Source: Callorhinchus milii
Lineage: Eukaryota
Reading direction: 5' to 3'
Assembly (NCBI RefSeq): GCF_018977255.1
Contig: NW_024704743.1
Location: 620,001-684,000, forward strand
Length of the DNA stretch: 64,000 nt
Shown: positions 28,001 to 43,000 of the stretch, in pieces
How positions within the stretch are numbered: the stretch's first letter is position 1
How the letters are laid out: each line of letters starts with the position of its first letter
Translations under genes and position numbers: made by a program
The notes under the pieces: generated by a model
What the model saw: the letters and a program-made list of their open reading frames with translations, nothing else
What the model was told of the DNA's origin: nothing
Database searches by the model: none

Positions 28001-31000
28001 ATTATTACTTTTATGTATTTAAGTTTTTTTTGGATGGATTATTACCCTTGGAAAAGCGATCCGCCAATCGACTAACAACTGGGTTCCTACTCACTGCTAG
28101 GTAAACAGAGGCTTGCGGAGCAACAAAACTTGTCTAACTTGTCTAATGTTTCGCCCTGCCCGGGAATCAAATCCAGGTCTTACCAATATCAACAGGACTC
28201 TTAATCCTTACATTTTGCAGAATTTACTTATTATGCAGCAAAGGTGGGTCAATGGAGTTGAAGCACAGATCAGCTATGATCTACTGGAGTGGCGGAACAG
28301 GCTCTTGAGGGGCTTAATGGTCTACTCCTATTCCTATGTTTCTATGTACTGTACAGTATGGAGAAGAGACATATTTTGTTGGGAAAGACAAGAAGAAATG
28401 AAGTAATGATCTATCACAAAAGAAAATAATTCATACTATATTTGATATAGCAACTTTCACATCAGGACTTTGTCTCGAAACATTTTACAGCTGTAAAAAT
28501 ATACCAGAGGACACAAATATAAGATAGCGATGAGGGGATTTAACAGATCATTTAAGAGGAACTACTTCACGCAGAGGGTCGTGAGTGCGTGGAACTCGCT
28601 GCCTGAAGTGCTGGTTAAACCAGATTGTATGGATGTATTTCAAAAAGGAACATAGACCTTCACATGAGGCATCGGGGGATGGGAGGGTGTGGGAGGGAGT
28701 AACGAATGGGGGTTGTAGACTCATGTGGAATATAAAACCCGGTACAGATTGGTTGGGCAGAGTGGCCTGTTTCTGTAAATCTTTTGTCAGTATAACAAGC
28801 TCTATTCAGGAAAGCTAAGTTTTATATAACTGGCACGTGGTCAGATATACAGAGTAGTCTGACTTAACAGTGAATGGTGGGAGTCTAACCTCTACACTGT
28901 GCCTCCAATAGACGAGCTAATGGGGGAAAGCACATTGGTCATGATTGGAGTCACAGGGACTGTTTAGTCCTGATAATGCCGACAATGCACAGTGCTCTTC
29001 AGAACGATCAATAAAAGCCCTTGTTATGCTGGAGCTTGTACTCCTGACTTGAGTTCAAATCCCGGGCTGAAACGTTGCCACAATTTCCTCGGACTAACCA
29101 ATTCTGCCTGGATGAAGGATTATAATAATACTAATAATAACAATAATAATAATAATAATCCTGGCATTTGATATAGTGTTGAGAGAGAGGGTGGGTGAAA
29201 TGAAACTCTACGGATGCAGAAAGATGACAAAGATCCTTAATCTGTGTGTGTTTCGTTCCAGTGAAATCCGTCTTCAGGGCCTGTTTGAACTGTGAAATGC
29301 TCAGGAAAAACAATTTAATCACACCCGATGGTTATAACCCAGAACCCCCTGTGCTCCCCGGCATTATTGAAGGTACAGTGAAAGAAAAATCGTATTAAAT
29401 TCATAATTACACTACATTGAAACAGGCCATTCGGGCCATCATGACTTGTGCTGGTGTTTTATCTGTACATCGCTACCAAATCTAATTAGTTTCCAGCTCT
29501 GTCCCTATCTCACACATGTCATCAAATGTTCACCTCCCACCTCTACTTCGCAATGCACTCCTCACCTAATCTCCTAAATTCTACCATCCATAAGCTCCAG
29601 CTAAACCCAAACCCTCACACCTCTCTCGCACCAAACTCAGCATAACAAACCCCAGACTCCTCAGGCTCCCCGGCTCCCAATGGATTGACCTCTCTCCAGG
29701 TTAAACACTGACATTGTGAAAATTCCTACAACTCAGGAGGAAAGAATCTGTTATCCAATTCTTATCCAATTCCCTTTAAAAAATGTTGTAAATTTCCTAG
29801 TTTAAATACTACTAATTGCAACTGATAGAGCGCCTATCAATAATAATAATAATAATAATCCTTGCATTTGATATAGCTCTTTTCACGTCGGAGGACGTCC
29901 CAAAGCGCTTCACAGAATATATTGTAAAGTGAATTGACTGTATATTTGTGGGCGAACGCGGCAGCCAATTGCGCACAGCAATGTCCCACAAACAGTCATG
30001 GATTGAAAATGACCAATTTATTATTGTTTTTTGTTTTTGGAGGGATTTAAAAGAACCCAAAACACTTCACAGATAATTACAGCAAGTGAATCAATGTTTT
30101 TACAGGCTAGCCATCCAGTTCGTCTGGAAGATTGCTGTGTGGAATTAGCTGCCGCGTTTTGCCCACAAAATCCACATCAATTCACTTTACAGTGTATTCT
30201 GTGAAGCGCTTTGAGACGTCTCGAAGACGAGATAAAACACTGTTTCAAATGCAAGGATTATTATTATTATTATTATTATTGAGATTGTTGGCCAGAACAG
30301 AAAGAGAGATTTTTGAGAGAGCGTTCCAGAGGGCGGAGGCAGAGTAGAGCAGGGGAGGTGGGGGGGGGTAGAAGGGGAAAGATCGAGAAGGGATTTTAAA
30401 ATCAGGACAAGAATCTTGCAATCGATGTGCTCAGAGTACTGAGAGCCAGTGGGGCCAGACGATAATAATAATAATCCTTGCATTTGATATTGTGCCTTAT
30501 CAAGTCGGAAGCACGTCTCAAAGCGCTTCAAGGGTGAAACGCAGCAGCCAGTTTGCGCGTAGCAACGTCCCACAAACAGCCACGGATAACGGTAATATAA
30601 TATAATGACAACGGGGGGGCATTGGGAGCGTGGAGCCCGAGCAGAGCGAGTGTTCGGGGCTGTGGAGATAAAAAATAATCCGAACCTCTTGCAAAATCAG
30701 TAACACCTAATTATAGGAGGGGTCGAGACTTTTTAATAAATTGCTCAACGTTGTTAAGTGTTAAAAGGAAACAAAGCCCTTGTGTTCTGTGTTGTGGGTG
30801 TGACTGGTCCTGGAGGGAAATCTTCCCTGAGCTCCGGAACCCTGGTCCATCCAACATCTATGTTGCCACCCTGGCAATGTTTTTTCTATGGTTATTGGCA
30901 CTCATCCTATGTGTAAAAGAGCTCATTGTTTTATTGTGTGTACAGGGCGTTACAAACAAGGGAGTTAAAGGCTGGACTCCAATCAGGCTTGTTAGCTCCC

Positions 31001-34000
31001 TTGACAAAATCCTCATCCTCGCCTTCAAGGCCCTCCGTGGCCTTGGTCCCCCCCATCTAAGATACTTGCCTAAGATTTCGCTCTGCGCAGGAATCGAACC
31101 TGGGTCTTTGCGCTTGCAAGGCGAGAGCTCTAACCACCGAGCTACTGGACTCGGTGGTTAGAGCTCTGTTTCAAAAGACATACCTTTTTTTTTGTCCAGG
31201 ATTAATTTCACCCACGGAGGAACCAAGCAGAAACCTCAGAAGCATCACCTTCGCTGACTCCGTGGCTGAGGTCCACAAGACAGTTCAGAAGACAGAAACC
31301 AGAGAATCATCAGAAGCCCCCAAACTTCAGCAAAAAAAGAGCTCTGATGCAACTAAAGTATTGGAAAAGCCCAGCATTAAGGTATGTGGTCCCATCAATG
31401 TGGGAGAAATGTGACTTCTAACCCTATCCTATCCATGCTGCTAACTTTCCATTACTTAACTATGTTGACTGTTATTAAGCCATGTGGAGTCCTTTAGAGT
31501 TAAAGTGCTCATCTTACAAGCGAGAGGAACTGGGTTCGATTCCCAGGCGGGACGGGACAGGTCAGGGCGAAACCTTAGGCAAGTTTCCTTACCCCACACG
31601 CCTCTGTTTACCTAGCAGTAAGTTACTCGATTGGTGGATCTCTTTCCGTGGGTAATAATCCCTCCAAAATAATAATAATAATTTGGTCACTCAATCTACG
31701 ACTGTTTGTGGGATCGCTGTGTGCAATTGGCTGCCTCGTTTCGCCCACAAAACACACAGTTACTACACTTTACAGTGTAACCTATGAATTGACTGTATTT
31801 TGTGGGCGAAACACGACAGCCACTTTGCGCACAGCAGTGTACCGCAACGGTCATGGATTGAGTGATCACATCCATTTTTTAAGGGATTATTAGACATAGA
31901 AAAACGATCTGCCAAACGATTAATAACCGGGGTCCTGCTTACTCTAGGTAAACAGAGGAGAAAGGAAACTTGTCTAAGTTTCCCCCCCCCCCCCCCCCGG
32001 GAATCGAACACGGATCTTCTTGTTTGCGAGTCGAGGGCTCTAACCCTTCCGCTACAGAACTCTAATGGGATAATAATCCTGGCAATTGATTCAGTGCCTT
32101 ATCACGTCATTAAAACACCTCAAAGTTCCTTACCGTGGAGTGCAGTGACTATGTTTCCTTTGTGGGCAAAGTGAATCGAATAATTTTTCGATCTTTCCAT
32201 TAAGCAGGATAAGAGGGTGACTAAAAAGAACTTGTGGAGGGGCCAGATGTCCTCAAGCGAGCGAGTTGAGGTACGGTTGAATTTGAAAAGATTGGAAGAA
32301 AGGCATAACTTCCTGAAGAACCCACGCTTTCTATCCCTTCAACACCCAAACGGGGGCAAATCACTCATCATTCCGCAGCAGAAGGTGCCGAAGCAACTGC
32401 CGGAAAGAAAGATCTTTGTCCACAAAACGTACGCAGTAGTTTTCCTTATATCTGGGTATCTATATATATATATATATAAAATATAATGTGGTCATTCAAC
32501 TGTTGTGGGACTGTTGTGTTCAATTGGCTACCGTGTGTCGCCCACAAAATACACAGTCACTAACTACACTTTAAAATATATTCTGCGAAGCACTTCGAGA
32601 CCTCTCAATGACGTGATAAATCGGATTGGTGGAAACAGATGCCCTCAACACTCTTCAGCAAAACGTATTCATGGATATAGTCTATTTCAACCATGATGAC
32701 TACATGAGGGTGAAAAATGCCGCACACGATGTCCAATACCAGTGAATTTTCACATTGCGTCACATTTCAACCTATTATTTTCAAGTGTCATTGTAAGGGA
32801 TGATCAAGTTAGTATTGCTTGTGTTCATTTTCAACCCACGACTGTTTGTGGGGACGCTGCTGTGTGCAATTGGCTGCCGCGTTTCGCCCAAAAATATACA
32901 GTCAGTTCACTTTGCTGCATATTCTGTGAAGCGCTTTGAGAAGTGAAAAGCGCTATATCAAATGCAAGGATTATTATTATGATTCTATGACTATAAACAG
33001 AAACCTACATGCATAATGTTGTTGTATTTTGTTGCAGTATCTCCACGGAATCCGTGCCTGTTTTCCTGGCGAATCCACCAATTATTTCCTTTACAGACTA
33101 CAAAGTGGGACAGATCTATGAGGTGCGTTTGTCATTGTTTTGAACAGACCTGAGAAAAGGGGAGTATTTTACATATATAAAAAAATACACCCTCATTCCA
33201 TGCTTGATACACCCCAGTCAGCTCTCTCTCTCTCTCTCTCTCGCTCTCTCCTTCCTTCCTTCCTTCCTTCCTTTGTTCTTTTGTTTTTTTTGTTCTTTCC
33301 AGTCTCTGTCATTCTCAGTCTTGAGAGAAGACAACTCAGAGGTGTCCATATTAGTGTATCTCAATCGCTCCGAGACGCTACCTCGCGTGAAGGACGCAAT
33401 ATAAGTCAACTTGTTGTTCTTGTTGCATAACATTTTGAATGGGATTGAAAAAGTAAACAATACTTTAGGATGGAACAGGAAAGTACAAGAGGATGTAGTT
33501 TAGTATTCAGGAGAGCAATTTCAGGATAGATACAACAAAGTGGGTGATCAATGACTGGAACAGACATCAGAAAGACTGGTGGTTGCCAGGACACTGGGAC
33601 TCATTTGAAAAGGAGTTGGATGCGGGGATGGGGTGCTGGTAGGGTGTGTGATCTGGAGGGATGAGATCAAAGGGAACTTGTATATTTTGCTCACTGAACA
33701 AGCCCAGTTATTTTCCAGACAAATGTTGAGCTGCAGAACCTAACCTCCAACAGTCGCCATGTCCGGGTCATCCCGCCCAGCACGCCATTCTTTTCCATGG
33801 GACTCGGTAAGTTCCCCTATTTCAGTCCAAAACACTTGGATCGCGAGAGAGAGATTTAGGTGATTTTCTTTTGTCAGTCTTGATATGTGACACCAATAAA
33901 ACTCATTTCCACTGGGATCTTGAAAAGGTTTCAACTTTATTCTAGGTTCACAGTCTCCTCTCTCTCCCTGACCAATTGTTTTTCCATTGGATAACCATAA

Positions 34001-37000
34001 TAAAAATAATAATAATCCTTGCATTTGATATCGCGCCTTATCATGTCATGGAGACGTCTCAAAGCACTTCACATGCAAAGTGAATGGACTGTGTATTTTG
34101 CGGATGAAACGCCGTAGCCAATTTCGCACAGCAGGGTCCCCACCATCAGCCGTGGAGTGAGTGACTAATTTTATTTGGGGGATTGTTGGGGATTAGGGAA
34201 ACTCCTTAACTTTTTGAATAGCGCTGCAGGATTTTTAACTTCTCCCCAAACAGACAGATGGGACCTCGGTTTGAGATCTTATCCGCATCGTCTAGATCAC
34301 ATGACTTACCTCTAACAACAATCTTAACTTATACAACGAGCCTGATAATAATAATAATAATAATAATAATGATAATAATATTAATAATAATCCTTGCAAA
34401 TGATACAGTGCCTTAACACGTCTTCGAGATGTCCCAAAGGGCTTCACAGAACACACTGTAAAGTGAATTGACTGTATATTTGTGGGCGAACGCGGCAGCC
34501 AATTGCGCACAGCAATGTCCCACAAACAGTCGTAGATTGAAAATGACCAATTTATTATTGTTTTGGGTTTTGGAGGGATTATTATTAGGCTCTGTGTGGA
34601 GTAAGGAAACTTGCCCAAGGTTTCACCCTCTGCCGGGAATTGAACTCCGGTCTCTCGCTTGATGTCTGACAGAAGCCATGGTTAAGAGTATCCAAAGCAG
34701 ATTGAGAGTGCCCACATATATTTGGCACCTACACATGGAAATTTCTCTCAGAATGTAATGTGCACACCCTCAATGGAGGGACATACGCTGCTTATTTTAT
34801 TCGGGAGAGTGTACGTTGGGGTAACTGAAGTACAAAGGTGCTCGGAGTTGCCAGTTTCGTCGCTATTTTTGTCCATTTTTATCAAACAGGAAAATTTCCA
34901 GGAGTGGGTGGAATTGTTGCTCCAGGGATGACATGCCAATACACAATACGCTTTGCTCCGGATTCTTCAGCCAACTACGAGGATTTATTAATCGTAGAGA
35001 CGCAGTCCCACTTCCCTCTCGTGGTCCCCATTGAAGCTAAAAGACTTCCTCCCATACTAACATGTGAGTAGCCTCAGTCTTTGGGGTGGATTTCCTTATA
35101 ATAATACATTTGATATAGCATCTTATCACGTCGCTGAGACGTCTCAAAGCGCTTTACAGAATACACTGTAAAGAGAGTTGACTTGTGTATTTTGTGGGTG
35201 AAACGTGATAGCCAATTGCGCACAGCAGTGTCCCACACACAGTTGTAGATTGATCTATTTTTTTTGAGGGATTATTACCCCGTAATGCGATCCGCCAATT
35301 AACTATCCACCTACTTACTGCTAGGTAAACAGAGGTTTAGGTGTGTGTGTGGACTAAGGAAATTTGCCTAAAGTTTCGCCCTGCCCGGGAATCAAAGGTT
35401 TCACCCTGCCCATGAGGCGATTGCTCTAAATACTACTCCAGTGTGTAGAGATATTTGGGACTCATTGCCTAAAAATGTCATCTGAAATTTGTGCTTTCTT
35501 TCCACTCAATGTAGTGCCCAGGACTTTGGACTGTGGCCATTGTTTGGTTGGCGGAATGAAGATATCCCAGTTCCTGTGTAAGAACAAAGGGTTTAATTCT
35601 GGCCGCTTCTGTATGATGCTCAAGAAAATGTGGCCAACTACTAACTTCAGGGTGAGAGTCTGTGAGGTTTCAGAGGCGGTTGGGCTTCAGCTTCTCTGCC
35701 CCCAGCCTTTGGAACTCCATCCCACAGTCCCTTCGTCTTGCGCTCACCCTCGCCTCCTTCAAAGCTCGTCTCAAGACCTTCCTCTTTGACCACGGCTTCG
35801 GTCACCCTCCTAACCCTACCCTCCCTGACCTCCACCCCCAGCTCGGGTCCAAATCTCTGACTGTCCAGAGCCTTGGGACGTCCCCCCGACATGAAAGGCA
35901 CTGCATAAATGTAACTTGTTTGCTGTTGTTGCAGAGCGTGGCAGCCTCTGGCTTTCTGGAAGCACCTCCTTTCGCGATCAGACCTGCTGTGTTCGAGCTA
36001 CATCCAGGCCAGGGCATAATACTGGAGGTCAGTCCACAATTACAACAACAACAATAATAATAATAATAATCCTCGCATTTCACACAGAAACTACAACACC
36101 AAAATGATTGTCTCGAAACGCTTAAACAGTAATTACCGTTGACTGTGGTGACCGAGTATTTTGTAGGCGAATGTGATTGGCAACTTGCTCACAGCAACAT
36201 CTCTAAAAAAAACAGCCAGGAGATGAACAACCAGTTTTATCTTGGGGATTGTTGGTCAGGACGCCGGGGGAGACGTCTATTTGTTTTCAGACAGTGCGGT
36301 GGGATGTTTACTGCCCGCCTGAGCAGGTTTATCATTCCTCCCCCAGTGCTGCAGTCTCATGCGTTAGGCGAGGGTGTAAACTCAACGCCCTGACCTGAGG
36401 CTGGAACCTACAACAATAACAAATTGCGCCTCTCATGTAGGGTAGTGTTCCAGAGCGCTTTACTGTGGCGGGGCACGACACCGAGCCCCAGGTTGGGGGG
36501 TGGGAGAGGTGACTGTAGGCGCGGTGGAAGAGAAAAGTCTTCAGGCACGACCTGAAGATGGGGAAGGAAGGGGGCAAGGCGGAGGGAGGGATCGAGGGCG
36601 AGTGTTTTACAACATTGACGATACGAAGGGGCTTAGGCTGGCAGGGAGGAGTTTGCTGGGTTTCTGCGGCTCATTTCTATAGCGGGTGAAACTTTTTATT
36701 CTGTCGAGAAACCATTTAACCTGTAAACCTCTGCGTGTCTTGATTCCTAGGTCATCTTTTTTCCGGCCTGTTGTGAAACCGTCTCCCAAATCATTACCAT
36801 GGTGTGTGACAACTGCCAGGTCAAAGACTTTGAAATCACAGGTATTGGATGGTAAAGCTCTCCCATCAAAGTACGGCATTCGCAACCTGTTTAAAGGAGT
36901 TAACGAATTCTCCCAGGTCTTGGTTCTGACCCATGAACACACAGCACACATGCACAACTCAAGCAAGCAAACACTGAATGGCACAATGTTGCAGTCCATG

Positions 37001-40000
37001 GCACCTCTATGCCGCGACCATATTTCTACAATTTAAGATGGTGCAGAATTCATAGAAGATTACAGCACGGATTGCGGCCATTCGGCCCATCGTACCTCTG
37101 TGTCGACTCTTTGGAAGAGCTAAAAATTATCGAGTGTCCAAATTATTTACTATGGTTTAATATTTTTTCTCACGCCTGTTGCTCCTTTGCCCCCAGTTAA
37201 TTCTCTCCTGGGTTACCTCAGGTACCGGCCAGCTGGTGGCTCTGGATTTTGTCTCGGTGACTGGGGGAGAAAGCCCGGCTGCCCCGGGGGAATGCACGGA
37301 CATGACGGCAGAACACTTTGTGCGATTTGACACGATCAATCCTCAAACTTGCTCCCAGAAGGAGATCATCATCCGTAACGCCACGTGAGTAAGACAGGCC
37401 CGAGCAATAAATCAGCGAAAAATAACCAGTCGTTTTTCTAGACTTTAAAGCTTCCTTTCACCTTGGTGTAAAGATTTTGACAATGTGTAGAACTACAGAA
37501 GGTCGTACTGTCAAAATTGCTACACCCTAAAGTGTAGTAATAATAATAATAATCATCGCATTAGACGTAGCACCTTACCATATCGTTAATATATCTTACA
37601 GAATATACTGTAAAGCAACCAATTGTCCCACAAACAGTCGTGGATTGAGTGACCAAATTATTATCATTTTTTTGGAGGGATTATTACCCCCAGAATGCGA
37701 TCTGGGAATCGACTAACAACCAGGCTCCTACTGACTGCCGGGCAAACCGAGGCTTGTGATGTTAGCATTTGCCATTTGATGTTAGGATTGAGGGTGTGCT
37801 GGACCTGGCGGGTGGTGGAGAACAGGATTTTGGAGTCGCTTTTGGCCTCCAGAATGACCTGCGAGTTGAATGAGTTTTGGCTTGCGAGCGGGAACAGCGG
37901 TAGGTGTGAAGATGCTCGAGCCACAAGTTGGAGGCGAACCGTGAGGCCGGTTTTGTGCTGTCTGCGCAGACCAGAGAGAGAAAAGTTTTGTCTGGGACCC
38001 AGATGATGTGGCAATGGTCACAGAAGAGGGTGGTGTGGGGTGGGGTGGGGGGGAAGGTGAGCTGTTATGGTCTGTATGGCCAGAGGGCTGCAAGGACCCC
38101 AGCAGATAGATGAGGTGCTGTTCCTCGAGCTTGCGCTGTGGTTCACTGGAACAGGGTAGGAGACCCTAGATGGAGAGGTCAGAGTGCGAGTGGGAGGGAA
38201 GAGTGGGAAGCAAGGATTATTATTATAGCAGGGAGTTATTTTCCCACAATGTGGTTCAGTGTAACCGCATGCCCCTCACGTTCCCTTGTTGCCTTTCCAA
38301 ACAGTTCCTGAGTCTTATCTTTTTTTCCAGGTACGTGGAGCTTCCCTATTGCTGGCAACTAATGAAGCCGAATTTGCAGCCTGTTATTCCCGGAGAGCCC
38401 AGCAAGGAAACCAACATTGAGTACATTCCAGATGTGGATTTGGCCTTTGACATCTGCCCTGATTCCGGAGTTCTGCAACCTCTCCAGGAACATCATTTCG
38501 TCCTCAGTTATTTTCCTCACGAGGTACATTCAACCGCAGCACTACCTACGCAGCTTTAAATGTTCTTGCCGCCCTGCCCAACCTCGAGACATTATTGCAT
38601 TTACACAGCGCCACCCCCACCCCCCCCCCCCCCCCCCCGCCCGGGGTGGCGTCTCAGAGCGCTTAGCAGTAGTGGAGGCCGACGACGAGCGGAGGGGAGA
38701 GGAGAGGTGACCCTAGGCAAGGTCGAAGAGGAACGTCTTCAGGCGTGATGTGAAGAGGGGCAAGGAGAGGGCAGTGTGGAACAATTGAGACAGGGAGTTT
38801 CAGAGTTTTGGGGCGCAGTGGCTGAAAGCACAGCCACCGATGGTGGAGCGGAGGGGACGAGGGATGTGCAGAGGGCTGGAGCCATTGAGTGAAGGGTGGA
38901 GCAGGTAAAGGCCTAAGCGGTGAGCAGATCGGAGAAGTAGGGAACCATTATTATCCTAGTGGTTGGAGCGCTCCCCTCGTAAGCGAGAGGACCTGGGTTT
39001 GATTCCCGGGCAGGGCGAAACGTTGGGTAAGTTTCCTTACTCCACACACCTTTGTTTACCTCACACTAAGTAGAACCTGCTTGTTAGTCGATTAGCAGAT
39101 TGTTTCCTGGGGGTAATAATCCCATAAAAAATAAATAATAATTTGGTCACTCAATCCACTACTGTTTGTGGGGACGCTGCTGTGCACAATTGACTGCCGT
39201 GTTTCGCCCACAAAATGTACAGTCAATTCACTTTACAGTATATTCTGTGGCGCTTTGAGACGTCTCCAAGACGGGATAAGGCGCTGTGTCAAATGCAAGG
39301 ATTATTATTACAACAATAACACTTGCATTGTCATTTTTAATTTATTTTCAGTCTGGGATCTGGCAAACAAGAGTGAAAATCATGGTCCTTACCTCTCTCA
39401 CCACCTCCTCCCCACCTCTTCCCCCCCCCCCCCCCACCACCACCAACCATTCTGGAGGAGGAATTAACTCCACCTTTTCCTGGTTTGTTTTGCAGCTGAA
39501 GGACTATCACGGTGTGTTTTACTTGATCCTGCGGGATATACCAGAGGTTTCCAATATAAGTCAACCTGGTCCCTGTGCGTAAGTGCTGACATTCTTACTG
39601 TCTCTCAACTAGTAAGGAGTAACAGAGTAGTATTAGTCACAGACCCATCATCAAGATGATTGTGTTCCCCAGGCAGAAAGCTGATGTTTAGATGTATTGA
39701 CCAAAGACACAGACAAAGAGCCTTTTAAATATGAGAGACATGAATACAAGATAGCTAGTGGCAGATATAAGACAATAACATAGCGCCTTTCATGTTAGGA
39801 GGTCGTCCCAAGGTGCTGGACTGCTTGGATCAAGAGGGGTGGAGCGTAGGATTAGGAGGGTGACCAGAGTCACAGTCAAAGAGGTGGGTCTTGAGATGGG
39901 CCTTGAAGGAGGCAAGGGAGAGGGCAAGGCCAAGGGACTTGTGGGATGGAGTTCCAAAGGGTAGGGGCAGAGTGGTTGAATGATAATAATGATACTTGCA

Positions 40001-43000
40001 TTTGATAAATGCAAGGATTATTAACCTTTGTTTTTTGATGATAATACCTCAAGAAAAAAAACAATAATATATTGGTCACTTCGTTTGTGGGGGACGCTGC
40101 TGTGCGCAAAATTGGCTGCCGCGTTTCGCCCACAAAATGTACAGTCAACTCACTTTACAGTATATTCTGTGAAGCATCTCGAAGACATGATTAAGGCGCT
40201 GTATCAACTGCAAGGTTTAATTGTTGCTTGGTTATTGGATCCAATTAAGAAAACATGTTTGATGTAAGTGACCTGTGAAATCTATTTCTTTCAAAACCCA
40301 ATTCCCTCCAACTTTTCAGGAGGACACTGACAGAAAGAGCTTTGAGAATTGCTTCCACCGTGGTTAACAACGTCATCGCGATGGAGGTGGAGGTCAAAGG
40401 TTACACCGAGCCCTTCCACGTCAAGTTGGAGCCCTACGCTATCTTAATTCCTGGGGAGAACTACATCCACACCACATTGAAGAAACATTTCAAGGTCTGG
40501 CACGATCGTCATTCATTCTCTCTGCAGTATTTCCCACATGGTTAGCCAGAAAAAGTCTTCTATTAATATAAAATATAGGGTGTCCACAAAGCCCGCTTGC
40601 TCCCCCCACAGCGATACTAGACAGCGGAGGAGATGAACCAAGCTGCCAGAGCTGTCACTCCATCCCTGTTACGAAAGATGTCACATTGAACATGGCGACA
40701 GATCATTATCTTCCATAAAAATAATGGCGCTCACACTCACACTACACACACCCCACATGCACACATACACACCCCGATCTTCTGGATGTCTAAATACAGT
40801 AAACCCACTTGTACTGAATACAATGAAGTACTTCTAAGTACAATTGTCATCATTCCTCCCACTGTTTCAGTTGCCGGTCAGTGCGCAGTAGGAAAAAACA
40901 ATGGGAGAACATGTCTTTGTGGACACCCTGTAGAATAAAGAATTGAAGATAGGAACTCAACAAGGTCATTCACTCTGTCGAACATTCTCTGCCATTTAGT
41001 CTGTGTCAATCTTTTACTTCCTTATCCCTTCACAAGATCACAAGGTTGGGTTTGAATGATAAAGGCTCTTCGACCAATCTGATCTCATCCACGCAGAACA
41101 CCCTCCTGACCATCCCCCCATCACAGCATTGAGCTGCTGTTTAGACAAGTCGCAGTGTCTTGGCCTCAACCACGTTCCAGTCGTTAATTACCCTCTGGGT
41201 AAAGAAACACTTGCTGGTGTCTAATCTTTACACCTCTGAGCCTATGTAGCATTGCTTACCGTATGTCTTATCTATCGCTCACTTGATTGACTTGATAGAT
41301 TTGTATCTTCTGAGGCAGTCCATAAAATCTAAAGAATCATAGAATCTTACAGCAGAGAAGGAGGCCATTCGGCCCATCGGGACGGTTCTTTGAAAGAGCT
41401 GTCCAACTACTCCCACTCCCCCGCTGCTCCCCCATAGCCCTGAAAGTTTTTTCTTTTTAAGCACATATCCATTTCTCTTTTTGAAAGCTGTTATCTAATT
41501 TGCTTCCACCGCCATTATAATTAATAATATGCAATCAAGCCCTTCACACCTATACCAGACCCAGTACCACCAAAAGACCTTGCTGCCCTGATCCCAGCTC
41601 CCTTTTATATTCTCTTCTCTTTCAACAACATCAACTTGCACTCCACCTAGGGCAGTGTCTCAGAGTGCTTGATGGTGGCGGATCCCGACTCCGAGCTGGG
41701 GGGGAGGTGGGGGGAGGTGGTACGGTTGAAAAGGAAAGTTTTCAGGTGGGACTTGAAAAAGGGGAGAGAGGGGAGGCCAGGCGGAGGGATTGGGGGAGAG
41801 TGTCCCAGAGTTTCGGGAGGTAGTGGCTGAAAGCGCGACCTCCGATGGTGGGGGTGGAGGGGGGGTGCGAGGGACGAGCATGAGGCCGCTGACCGAGTGG
41901 TGGATTGGGGGAAGTGAGGAGGTTGGAGAGGGAGGGAGGTGCCAGGCAGTGAAGGGATTTGAATACGAGTGAGGACGTCACCCTGGCCTGGACGTTACCC
42001 CGGCCAAAGCAATTTCCTTACAGAATCAGTATCAAGGACGGAGATAGATGTCCTTTTGGTGGCATGTGGCAAAAAGGCAGAGAAATGCTATTAAATTGCA
42101 GATCAGCCAATGATCTAGTAAAATGGTGGAGCAGGCTGTACTCCTGTTCCTATGCTCTTATGTTCTTAAACATGCTTGATCATATGACTTATTATGTGCC
42201 GTCCATAGATAAGGAATAGCAGCCTATCAGCCATCAAGTACGAATGGGACAGGGTCAATGACTGTCATATAATAGAAGTGGTGCCATCTTTTGGATCAAT
42301 AGGTAAGGTCATCTGTCGGGTGGAGACAACAAAGGCAGGGGAAGGCGATCGATAATAAGCCTTACATTTGATATAGTGCCTTATCAAGTTATTGAGGCGT
42401 CTCAAAGTGCTTCACAGATATATTTTAATGTAGACTTGACTGTGTATTTTGTGGGCAAAATGCGGCAGCCAATTATGCACAGCAAACAGTTGTGGATTGA
42501 GTGACCCAATTTTTTTGGGGGGAGGGGGGTGGGTGGGGGGGAAGAGATTATTACCCCAGGAAAGCGATCCGTCAATCGACTAACAACGGTTCCTACTTAC
42601 TGCTTAGTAAACAAAAGCATGTGCAGTAAGAAAGCTTGCCTGAGGTTTCACCCTGCCCGGGAATCGAATCCGGGTATAAATGCAAATTCGTGCTGTATTG
42701 TTTCGTGACTTTGTGCTGTTCACTCCTCAACCGATTCTCCCGCTGCCGGAATCCAAAGGCTGATTGGATTTTAACTGTTTTCTGTACAGAGCCTAACAAC
42801 AGTCATGACCTGCAGATATCCATCACAGGAGGGAAACCTGATAAAATAACCCACAATTTGAAGTGCACCATCAAACACCAGAAAGAGCCAATTTTTCTTC
42901 ATCTGGAGGCAACTGTTTTGGTCAGTGCTTGTCAGGGCAGCAGCGGGTACAGATAAGCCCCCGCCCCCCCACCCCGGCTCCCACCGTCACAAAATTTATT

